A DNA stretch of 64,000 nt, from contig OZ076414.1 of NCBI GenBank assembly GCA_964187785.1, positions 7,936,001 through 8,000,000 on the forward strand, in the 5' to 3' direction. The notes under the pieces were generated by a model, which ran no database searches, was not told where the DNA came from, and saw only the letters and a program-made list of their open reading frames with translations. A program made the position numbers and the translations under genes. The DNA is from Amphiscolops sp. MND2022. Its lineage: Eukaryota. The stretch's first letter is position 1; each line of letters begins with the position of its first letter. Positions 13,100 to 24,938 of this stretch are shown here, piece after piece.

Positions 13100-15650
13100 C
13101 ACGAATTAATTGTTTTCGTATCCTAACCAAGATATAGAACATGGCGACCAAGAAATAGAAACTAATAAAAACCGGACATTCAGAAAAAGTGAAACACGTG
13201 GACAAAGATTGTTTTGTCTCATTGGTAGTATTAACGGTGAAAACGACAAATTGGTAAAAATAGCAATGGACTCGAGAAAGCTAAGCAACCGTTGTATAAA
13301 TATCCTACAACACATGCTGAACATAGAAGAATTGTCAAATCAAACTTAGACCGAACAAACGAAATGATGATATCGACGATTGACATAGATTACCCATAAG
13401 GCCAAAAAAGTCTACCAGAGGAAACAAGGCGACAATGCCTATTTGCCCTAACCGGTTGAGTTATTTAGTGGATACTACATATTCAAAAAAACTTTACGGT
13501 ATCGCTGATATCTCAACAATAATTAAAGAAAAAAAGTTACCGAACTTTAGAAAATTTCACATCGGCTTGGTTAGATGACATAAGAGTGTTTACCATTGGA
13601 GATCGGGCTGAACACGAAAATATATTGTTTTACGTATTAAAGAACCTGGAAAACGCGGGATACCAAGCACGTGAAAAAAATCCGGATTCTTCCTATATGA
13701 GATCAAGTGGCTGGTAGATGAAATCGATGAAACGGGAACTGAACCGAACAAAGAAAAAGTAAAAGCAAAATTGGTTTTGGAACACCGGAGAAAACAAAAC
13801 AATTAGGTAATTCCTCGATGCGAAACAATACTTACTCAAAATTCACACCAGGAACATCGGAAACAACCTAACGACTCCGAAAACTCGTAAAGAAAGATTC
13901 GAAATACAATTGGGAACAGAACAAGACGAAGATTTTAACAACAGAAGTGTTAACAGAAGAACCAAATCTAGTCCATTACGCAATGCACAGAGACAACATC
14001 GTAACAACCGATTCCAGCAAAACTTAACTTGGAATAACACTATGGCAGAAACAATCTGACGGATAAATCAAACCGACAGCATTCGATAGGAGAATTAGAA
14101 TTATGTCTAGGGCTCAGAAATATTCCAATTTTATTTTTGCGGCGAGAAAGTCTTTTTGTACACAGACCACCAAGAGCTCGAACCATTGACTAAACGAAAC
14201 CAATGTAATAGACAATACAGCACAAAATTAACTAGTTGGTTAGATCGGCTTGGGTACTTTGATATAGCCACCCAACACATCGTAGGAAGTAACCTAATTT
14301 TTATCAACTTTCTAAGTAAAAACCCGGTAGAAAATGCGACGGTCCAAGACTAAACGATGAGCAAAACGTAACAAATATCCTTTCAGCCGAATTAAACGTC
14401 AAATAAGGACGACTAGCCGCTGACTAATCACAAAACGCGAAGGAGAGAGTAAAATGACCTCAGTAGAAGTTAAAAACCAATCATATCAGAAAAGAACATT
14501 CGAGAAAAATCGAGAGGTGAACAAAAACTGTTTTTCACACGATGTTCACATCGATCAAATGCCAACAAAAATTAAAACGGAAAGTTCATTACGCATTTCA
14601 ACTTCAAATTTATTATCCAATTCAAATTACCTACAAGAATTACCTCTATTTGAGAGCAACCTGGACAGAGAATAATTCCACTGGGATGATACCACCGAAA
14701 CATGGAGATGATAAGAAGAGGGAGAGAGTCCAAGAAAACCTCAGACTTGTGGAGAGACGATTGGAAATCTTACGGCCAGGGACAATGCCCCAGGGACAAT
14801 CGACATATATGCGCCAAGACAATTACGGGTTCCTTCCCAGACCGAACAAAAGAATCCGAGAGGAGATCGCAGAAATTGATGGCGAACTGCTAACACGGGC
14901 GAATAGATTCGACGGGGGATATCAACGCTTATACGACCGGAGAGAAGTTCAGTAACAACCGGAGGTGATTGCAGACAACGAACCAGAAAGCGAGGGAGAA
15001 AGCCAAACAATCCGGGGTGACAACTTTCCCATTGTTGACTTGAAAGCATACAATACTAAAGGAAAAGAGATTCAGTTTATCCGGAATCAATCACGTCATC
15101 GAAAAAATGACGGGGGACAAAAAGGCCAGAGTAGACATCATCAAAGAGGCCGAATTTAACTTCTACTCGACCTATAAACGCTGATCGCAAAATCAACAAC
15201 AGATGCCGAATCCGAATCGGATCAGAGAAAAACGGCTTCAGATCCTTTCAAACTGATATTTGAGAAGCTAAACAACAAATGGGGCTTATCATTTAATGAC
15301 GACCGAAAAGTTGTGCTATGCGAATTGAGGAAAAATGTTTTGGATACATTGCGTTTCGGAGCAACCAAAATGATGGCGGAAGCCAAAACTTCCCGGTAGC
15401 ACAATTATGTCAAAGAACATAGAAGACAAAATCAAACCAAAAACTGACGGAAAGTATATACAAAGGAATGAGATGTGTACTCAAATGGAAACAATTTTAC
15501 CGCCACCGGAAGATTTTATCTGCCATCGAAATAATGCATCCGCCACCGGATTCGATTCGGGTTGGCTGAAGACTCGTCTCAATGTATAAAGAAGAGAAAA
15601 ACGAGTGTTTGCTCGTTTGCTCGATTTATATCAAAGAAATCAAAACAGCT
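13100..15650 (+). mobile_element. Decayed Gypsy pol fragment (family Y, copy 1): RT, RNase H, spacer, integrase N-terminus
   Basis: VKIAMDSRKL (~13255), STIDIDY..GQ..RQC (~13375), FSGYY..FYGIADI (~13470), AWLDDI (~13565), YTDHQELEPL..WLDRL..FLSKNP (14156-14353), integrase H2C2-like region ~15300-15450. Heavily frameshifted. Confidence 0.8.
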
Positions 15651-16795
15651 AATGACGTCGGTATTGTATTAGGATCGGGAATAGTGTTTTTCGGCACCTT
15701 GCGACATCTTCCGGCACTGCGAGACTTTGGGCAGAGTGCAATTTTGTGACCATCACACCCCAGGAGATTGCTTTCACCCACATTCATGTTGATTATAATG
15801 TGGGATTTTTTCCGCCAATGGGAAATTTCAACAACAGAAAATGTTGAGCCAGATTCTTGACTGCTCTGTGTTGATAACGATCTTTAATTTGAAAAAAAAT
15901 GCAATTATACTCTATAAATGATTCAATTCCACTGGTATAAAATGTACAGAAATGTTAAATGTTGATCAGGCGAAAGTGGAGTTGTTTCTTTCCTTTTTGA
16001 ACACTACGTTTTGGGTAAATATAGTAAAAGTCTTGTCACTGTCACTTTCTCTTGCGAACGTTTTCCATATTTGGATACTCGGCAATCACCGCTGCATCCA
16101 ATTGTTCTCTTGTTCAATCAGTTGCAATAAAATTTGAATGAGTGAATGAAAATTTAAAAAACACGTCTTGCAGCATCCACACAACAGTTCGGTGCATCGA
16201 TATTCTACCTTTTAAAGACTAGATTCGAGAATGTTATGCTTCTTATATTTCGTGCAGCAAGTACTCAAAAAAACAGAAAGCATTTGTCATGAACTCGTCC
16301 CTACAATGTGATATTCACTGGGTTAACCGCTGACCTTTCAGTTGAGATCATATACAATCACACAATCCTCGCTCGGTTTATGCAATATATAGTGAGTTGG
16401 TGTACGTTTCAAGCAATTCGTTAACATTCAATGACAAAAATTGATGGAAATTTAGTAATAGTTCTCATATATGCATACTGTAGGACGAAACAAGCATGTG
16501 TTCGCAGTGTTATCTCTTGCACAGTCGCACATTGATAATATTAAATCATTTGACTGCTCCCATCCATAAAGTTTTAATGTACGATCTGTTGGCAAGCAAG
16601 ACCGTTGTCTCAGCTACAACACTCTAGTGTGAATTCGCATCCACTCTTCTTTTCTCGTCTGTCATTGACTTCAAATATCAGTACAAAGAGTTTAAGAAAT
16701 TGAAGCATCAGTGACAATAAATAATTCAAGAGAACATTTTTTTCTCGGTTATACAGAATGCTTCCTTGCTGTTGCTGTCCCGGTTTTTTCCAGCA

Positions 16796-19700
16796 AAGCT
16801 TGTTCATTTCCTCCACGAACACGCATTGTATCAAGGTAACACAAAAAACCTGTATCTCTATGGAAGCAACTCGACAGTACAACTGTTAACAGAAAAATGA
16901 AAAATGGATGAAAGTGTAGTTGACATTTTGAATCTACCTTTTATGGAAGGTATGAGTCACTGAACCATAAATGGAAGTATAAACTTACCATAAAAGGAAA
17001 AAGTAATACGCGTCAGCGTACCTCAAAAGTACCTGTCGAACATTTTTATCCTCTGTGAAAGTTAAATGTACAGTTAACAAAAGTTATGGTCAAGTAACGC
17101 CGCATTGTCCGGCAAGACCACTCAAGTGGAACAAATATCCTCAGTAAGACGTTGCGTTCTCTGATAAAACGACTCAAACGTAATAAATTGCCTCATAAAA
17201 ACATGGCATTGATTGTGAAAGCTACTCACGGTGAACAAATTCCCTCAGTAGGAGGCGGCATTGACTGCGAGAATCACAATTCAAAACTCTAAATTATCAC
17301 GTTTCTAAAGATAGATAGCGTGCGTAACTGACAAATGATTACCCTTTTGTCTTTTCTTTTCAAAATTGAAATTACAAAATTGGAATTTTTTAGAAATCCC
17401 AAAAATTGAAAAGTTCAATTGCCCCCCCCCCCTAACGTAGCAAAACTATCAATGTAAATTGGTAGTAGCACGGGTATTAATGATTCTTTAACCGTAACGA
17501 GCGTAATGAAGACAATAAAAGTTAGAGTTTGGCTTTGTATTAGTGCATTTATTTGCCTGGAAGTATTACATTTTTGAATTGGCTACCAAAATTAGTAATT
17601 CTACGTTAAACAATCAAGAAAATGATTGTTCTTAGACAAACAAAAGGTACGTCTAACTATCAAGAGGAATCAGCTTTTCCTATGTAGTTTATCGTTTGTA
17701 GATTATGTATCAAACTCAGTGTACTTGATCAATAAATGACCATGCAGTTGAAAAACAGATCTTGCTCAGAATGCACTGATCTCCTGGACAAACTAAAAAT
17801 TGCGTTTAGGTTGAAATAATTTCTTTCTTTCTTTATAAAACATATCAACAGAGAAAAAACAAATCACCGATTGAATAGTTGATCAGTCCTTGTACCAAAG
17901 TTTTGGCCTTTTTTCAGCGCAGTGATGAGTTGATCGATGTCTGTAGGGATAGCTGGAACACAACCAGTCAGAATTGAGTTCTTGAAACTTTAGGCATCCA
18001 TAGTCATCTAAATTGTCGACATGCTTGCCCACTAACGAGCTCAACATTGTACATTTTTCCAATCTTTTTGCAAAGAATTCGGCTCTGTACTGCTTGAGAC
18101 TAGTCAAAATCTTTGTAACGTCATTGTAGTCCAAAGCACCACTTCTCCAATCAATTTTGTGCAATTTATTTGTGCCCCCAATGTGTTTGGAATGTTGTTT
18201 GGAAACTTGTTGGTGGTTTGAAAGAAAATCCAAAACCTTGTCCGTCAAAAAAACGCCCAAATCTTCAACAATGTTTTATCCAAAAACTCAACATGCAGAG
18301 ACAGAATTGCGATTTTACAGAGACAACTTTTAAAGGAACCAACGATCTGTTTTGTTATCGGTGTCGATTTTAATTTGGTAAATCAATATTTAAGACTCTC
18401 AGCAAGCAACTTGTTTGTACGACTGCGAAATTAAGAATGAATTGAAAGTGGCTGGATCAGTATTTAGCAGTCCTATTACTATATATGGCAATGTTTGTAT
18501 GACGACGTCTTCCCGAAAAGGAGAAGCGTCAATTCACTATATACGCCAATCTTTATATGACGAAGTCTACCCAAAAGGAGAAGCGTCAATATACTATAAA
18601 TGGAAACAGTAGTTACGCGCTAGCTCAAGTGTTCTGTCACGTACTCGTCAAAAATCTTTCTTATTGTTGAGAGGTCCTACTTTCGGGAGACCGAATGTCT
18701 ACAACTGGAGCATAATAACTTCAAAAGACGTTGCACTGTTTGAGAAAACCACTTGCGTAGATCGGCTGAAATTCATCCGATATACATTGTTTTTCCATCT
18801 TTTGTACCTCTTATGTCTTATATTTAAAATTTACCCAAAATAGGCAGACGTCTAAACAGTAATTGATCACTATCAGAGTAGTTGTTACTCGAAGTCACGT
18901 GTTCCTGGCCGTAACATCTGAACATCACGAGGAGAGCACTGAAGTCATTGAAGCACATTAATATTGCTGTTACACACTAGTCCAGTATTTAGGTTGTGAA
19001 AATTTTACTCTAAAATTTGACAAGACGCAAAAATCATTGCTTCGAAACCTGTCTTTTCAAAAATGTGTCGAAAGTGCAAAATTTGTCTTTTTTACGGAGT
19101 AAAATGGGTAAAAACCTGTCTTTTTAAAAATAAAAAGGCCTTCCCAATCTGTCTTTTAGTTTTTTCACCTCGTGTAAAATCTGACGCGTTTCGGAAGGCT
19201 TTTTTTTTAAAAAAAGACAAGTTTTTACCCATTTCATTCCTTGAAAACGACAAATTTTGCGGTACATTTTTAAAGAGACAGGTTTTGAAGCAAAACTTTT
19301 TACGACTTGTCAGAACATGAAGTACTATTTTTCAACGTGTCAGATTTAAAAATAAAATGTTTACGTCATGTCAGATTCGAAGTTAAATATTGTAATAAAC
19401 ACCGTCATATATAAAAAACGAATGATTTCACGTGAAACCAGTTTTCATTGCACAAAATTTCTGCCCAAGACCTCAGGGATTTTTAAAAAATCGGATTTGT
19501 TGTGTTTTTAAAAAGTGCCTCGTGATATTCGGATTTTACGTCCACGAACACGTGACTTCGCGTAACAGCTACACTTGCGTAACAACTACACACGAAACAT
19601 TGGAAAAACAATGTATGTCGAATGAAATTCAACGGATCTACCCGAGTGGTTTTCTCAAATGATGCAACGTCTTTTGAAGTTATTACGTTCCTGTTGTAGA

Positions 19701-21019
19701 CATATGGTATCCCGATAGTAGGATCTCGGAACAATAAGAACGGTTTCCGACGAGTACGCGAGAAAACACTTGAGCTAGCGCGTAGTTACAGTTTCCATTC
19801 ATAATATATTGACGCTTCTCCTTTTTGGGAAGACTTCGTAATTCAAAGATTGCCATATATAGTAGAAAGACCTCTAAATGTTTATCCAGTCACTTTCAAT
19901 TAGTTTTAAGTTTCGCAGTCGTACAAACAAGTTGCTTGTTTAGAGGCTTACATTTTGATTATTAGGTTTAAGCGCACTGCACTTTCTTTTCTCAGGCCGC
20001 CTGCCAGCTTGTAATTTTGAGGCCACTCGCCAAGCCGCGGGACTGCTGTTTTAACTATCAGGCTGTTTGCCAATCTGCGTACTGCGTTCACTAATAAAAA
20101 TTTAGCTCCGTTTTAAATACTATTTAGTTTGAATTAGCTCCATTCTTATAATTGTTGATTTTGTACGGGAAATGTATACTTGTTAACAGATTACTATTAT
20201 CATTACTATTATTTTTAAATATTATAAATATCAGGACCACTTTACCATAGACACCCGAATTACTGAAAACCAAGTTACCAAACCAGGAGGGTAACTTGGC
20301 CGGTAATATGTCCGTCACTATTAAAAATTTTCAAAATGAAAAAAAAAGTAATTTTTGCAGAAATGTGTTTTTTGCCCTCAAAAAGGTTCGATGATGTGCA
20401 AATGAAAGTTTTTTAAAGACGGGTTCAAAAAAATATTAGATCATTTTCATACCAAGTTACCAGGGTTCGATCAGTTATCCTTGTGCCAGATTACACTTCC
20501 CCCGTGCAAAATGTCGTGATTATAAATCTGCGATCGAAACTAAGATTGAAACAAAACCAACAAAAATTCATCCCTTTTGGTGTAAAACAAACGCTCACAT
20601 TAATAAAAATGGGTGTTCAAGTTATTTCAGCTACTATTACTATATTACTATTACTATTATTATTATTATCTTTATTTTTTTTATTTTTATCATTAATATT
20701 ATGAAAGCGCCTTCGTAGACTACATAAGCGCTCCTGCGAGACATTGGCGCTCTCGCCTCTCAAAACACGGGTTACAACACCGCTCCTCCGCACAACTTTC
20801 AAAGGTAAGTGAGTCCATATAGATGTTGTACCGTTTCGGAAAACCATTCCAAAACCGAGTTGAATGCAAGCTGCCTTATGACGTAATTCCGAGAAACTTT
20901 CGTCTCGGAAAACTACCACAGCGAGCGTGGCTGTCGCTTCCACCGGAAGCTTTCTGCACTCGTTCGGCAGCTGTTACGTAACATTTCATCTAGTAATTGG
21001 TAATATAAATAACAGTTAT
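16796..21019. repeat. 4.2-kb tandem duplication, unit 1
   Basis: Starts AAGCTTGTTCATTTCCTCCACG at 16796; the same sequence restarts at 21020 (offset 4224). Near-identical along its whole length by eye. Confidence 0.95.
18381..19960. repeat. ~1.6-kb imperfect palindrome (foldback-like), copy 1
   Basis: ~18381-18935 aligns to the reverse complement of ~19515-19960 (e.g. GCAAGCAACTTGTTTGTACGACTGCGAAA). ~19015-19144 aligns to the reverse complement of ~19193-19320. Both pairs of arms share a centre near 19170. Confidence 0.85.
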
Positions 21020-22603
21020 AAGCTTGTTCATTTCCTCCACGAACACGCATTGTATCAAGGTAACACAAAAAACCTGTATCTCTATGGAAGCAACTCGACA
21101 GTACAACTGTTAACAGAAAAATGAAAAATGGATGAAAGTGTAGTTGACATTTTGAATCTACCTTTTATGGAAGGTATGAGTCACTGAACCATAAATGGAA
21201 GTATAAACTTACCATAAAAGGAAAAAGTAATACGCGTCAGCGTACCTCAAAAGTACCTGTCGAACATTTTTATCCTCTGTGAAAGTTAAATGTACAGTTA
21301 ACAAAAGTTATGGTCAAGTAACGCCGCATTGTCCGGCAAGACCACTCAAGTGGAACAAATATCCTCAGTAAGACGTTGCGTTCTCTGATAAAACGACTCA
21401 AACGTAATAAATTGCCTCATAAAAACATGGCATTGACTGTGAAAGCTACTCACGGTGAACAAATTCCCTCAGTAGGAGGCGGCATTGACTGCGAGAATCA
21501 CAATTCAAAACTCTAAATTATCACGTTTCTAAAGATAGATAGCGTGCGTAACTGACAAATGATTACCCTTTTGTCTTTTCTTTTCAAAATTGAAATTACA
21601 AAATTGGGATTTTTTAGAAATCCCAAAAATTGAAATGTTCAATTGCCCCCCCCCCTAACGTAGCAAAATTATCAATGTAAATTGGTAGTAGCACGGGTAT
21701 TAATGATTCTTTAACCGTAACGAGCGTAATGAAGACAATAAAAGTTAGAGTTTGGCTTTGTATTAGTGCATTTATTTGCCTGGAAGTATTACATTTTTGA
21801 ATTGGCTACCAAAATTAGTAATTCTACGTTAAACAATCAAGAAAATGATTGTTCTTAGACAAACAAAAGGTACGTCTAACTATCAAGAGGAATCAGCTTT
21901 TCCTATGTAGTTTATCGTTTGTAGATTATGTATCAAACTCAGTGTACTTGATCAATAAATGACCATGCAGTTGAAAAACAGATCTTGCTCAGAATGCACT
22001 GATCTCCTGGACAAACTAAAAATTGCGTTTAGGTTGAAATAATTTCTTTCTTTCTTTATAAAACATATCAACAGAGAAAAAACAAATCACCGATTGAATA
22101 GTTGATCAGTCCATGTACCAAAGTTTTGGCCTTTTTTCAGCGCAGTGAAGAGTTGATCGATGTCTGTAGGGATAGCTGGAACACAACCAGTCAGAATTGA
22201 GTTCTTGAAACTTTAGGCATCCATAGTCATCTAAATTTTCGACCTGCTTGCCCACTAACGAGCTCAACATTGTACATTTTTCCAATCTTTTTGCAAAGAA
22301 TTCGGCTCTGTACTGCTTGAGACTAGTCAAAATCTTTGTAACATTATTGTAGTCCAAAGCACCACTTCTCCAATCAATTTTGTGCAATTTATATGTGCCC
22401 CCAATGTGTTTGGAATGTTGTTTGGAAACTTGTTGGTGGTTTGAAAGAAAATCCAAAACCTTGTCCGTCAAAAAAACGCCCAAATCTTCAACAATGTTTT
22501 ATCCAAAAACTCAACATGCAGAGACAGAATTGCAATTTTACAGAGACAACTTTTAAAGGAACCAACGATCTGTTTTGTTATCGGTGTCGATTTTAATTTG
22601 GTA

Positions 22604-24186
22604 AATCAATATTTAGGACTCTCAGCAAGCAACTTGTTTGTACGACTGCGAAATTAAGAATGAATTGAAAGTGGCTGGATCAGTATTTAGCAGTCCTATT
22701 ACTATATATGGCAATGTTTGTATGACGACGTCTTCCCAAAAAGGAGAAGCGTCAATTCACTATATACGCCAATCGTTATATGACGAAGTCTACCCAAAAG
22801 GAGAAGCGTCAATATACTATAATTGGAAACAGTAGTTACGCGCTAGCTCAAGTGTTCTGTCACGTACTCGTCTAAAATCTTTCTTATTGTTGAGAGGTCC
22901 TACTTTCGGGAGACCGAATGTCTACAACTGGAGCATAATAACTTCAGAAGACGTTGCACTGTTTGAGAAAACCACTTGCGTAGATCGGCTGAAATTCATC
23001 CGATATACATTGTTTTTCCATCTTTTGTACCTCTTATGTCGTATATTTAAAATTTACCCAAAATAGGCAGACGTCTAAACAGTAATTGATCACTATCAGA
23101 GTAGTTGTTACTCGAAGTCACGTGTTCCTGGCCGTAACATCTGAACATCACGAGGAGAGCACTGAAGTCATTGAAGCACATAAATATTGCTGTTACACAC
23201 TAGTCCAGTATTTAGGTTGTGAAAATTTTACTCTAAAATTTGACAAGACGCAAAAATCATTGCTTCGAAACCTGTTTTTTTTTAAAAAAATGTGTCAAAA
23301 GTGCAAAATTTGTCTTTTTTACGGAGTAAAATGGGTAAAAACCTGTCTTTTTAAAAGTAAAAAGGCCTTCCCAATCTGTCTTTTAATTTTTTCACCTCGT
23401 GTAAAATCTGACGCGTTTTGGAAGGCTTTTTTTTAAAAAAAGACAAGTTTTTACCCATTTTATTCCTTGAAAACGACAAATTTTGCGGTACATTTTTAAA
23501 GAGACAGGTTTTGAAGCAAAACTTTTTACGACTTGTCAGAACATGAAGTACTATTTTTCAACGTGTCAGATTTAAAAATAAAGTGTTTACGTCATGTCAG
23601 ATTCGAAGTTAAATATTGTAATAAACACCGTCATATATAAAACACGAATGATTTCACGTGAAACCAGTTTTCATTGCACAAAATTTCTGCCCAAGACCTC
23701 AGGGATTTTTAAAAAATCGGATTTGTTGCGTTTTTAAAAATTGCCTCGTGATATTCGGATTTTACGTCCACGAACACGTGACTTCGCGTAACAGCTACAC
23801 TTGCGTAACAACTACACACGAAACATTGGAAAAACAATGTATGTCGAATGAAATTCAACGGATCTACCCGAGTGGTTTTCTCAAATGATGCAACGTCTTT
23901 TGAAGTTATTACGTTCCTGTTGTAGACATATGGTATCCCGATAGTAGGATCTCGGAACGATAAGAACGGTTTCCGACGAGTACGCGAGAAAACACTTGAG
24001 CTAGCGCGTAGTTACAGTTTCCATTCATAATATATTGACCCTTCTCCTTTTTGGGAAGACTTCGTAATTCAAAGATTGCCATATATAGTAGAAAGACCAC
24101 TAAATATTTATCCAGTCACTTTCAATTAGTTTTAAATTTCGCAGTCGTACAAACGAGTTGCTTGTTTAGAGGCTTACATTTTGATT
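22604..24186. repeat. ~1.6-kb imperfect palindrome, copy 2
   Basis: Duplicate of 18381-19960 inside tandem unit 2. Confidence 0.85.
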
Positions 24187-24861
24187 ATTAGGTTTAAGCG
24201 CACTGCACTTTCTTTTCTCAGGCCGCCTGCCAGCTTGTAATTTTGAGGCCACTCGCCAAGCCGCGGGACTGCTGTTCTAACTATCAGGCTGTTTGCCAAT
24301 CTGCGTACTGCGTTCACTAATAATAATTTAGCTCCGTTTTAAATACTATTTAGTTTGAATTAGCTCCATTCTTATAATTGTTGATTTTGTACGGGAAATG
24401 TATACTTGTTAACAGATTACTATTATCATTACTATTATTTTTTAATATTATAAATATCAGGACCACTTTACCATAGACACCCGAATTACTGAAAACCAAG
24501 TTACCAAACCAGGAGGGTAACTTGGCCGGTAATATGTCCATCCCTATTAAAAATTTTCAAAATGAAGAAAAAATGTAATTTTTGCAGAAATGTGTTTTTT
24601 GCCCTCAAAAAGGTTCGATGATGTGCAAATGAAAGTTTTTTAAAGACGGGTTCAAAAAAATATTAGATCATTTTCATGCCAAGTTACCAGCCAGGGTTCG
24701 ATCAGTTATCCTTGTGCCAGATTACACTTCCCCCGTGCAAAATGTCGTGATTAAAAATCTGCGATCGAAACTAAGATTGAAACAAAACCAACAAAAATTC
24801 ATCCCTTTAGGTGTAAAACAAACGCTCACATTAATAAAAATGGGTTCTCAAGTTATTTCAG

Positions 24862-24938
24862 CTACTATTACTATATTACTATTACTATTATTATGATTAT
24901 TATTATCATTATTATTTTTATTTTTATCATTATTATTA
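24862..24938. repeat. Degenerate (ATT/ACT)n microsatellite (paralog at ~20635-20700)
   Basis: CTACTATTACTATATTACTATTACTATTATTATGATTATTATTATCATTATTA... Confidence 0.85.

Noticed and set aside
16905-16960. ATGGATGAAAGT..ATGGAAG|GTATGAG as a first coding exon
   Set aside because: Only 15 codons plus a donor-like site, and no downstream exon could be linked.
17883-18260. 125-aa protein-like ORF, duplicated at 22106-22483, as a host gene
   Set aside because: No recognisable domain, TTG start, and the differences I found between copies (7 nt) change 6 amino acids, giving no sign of purifying selection.
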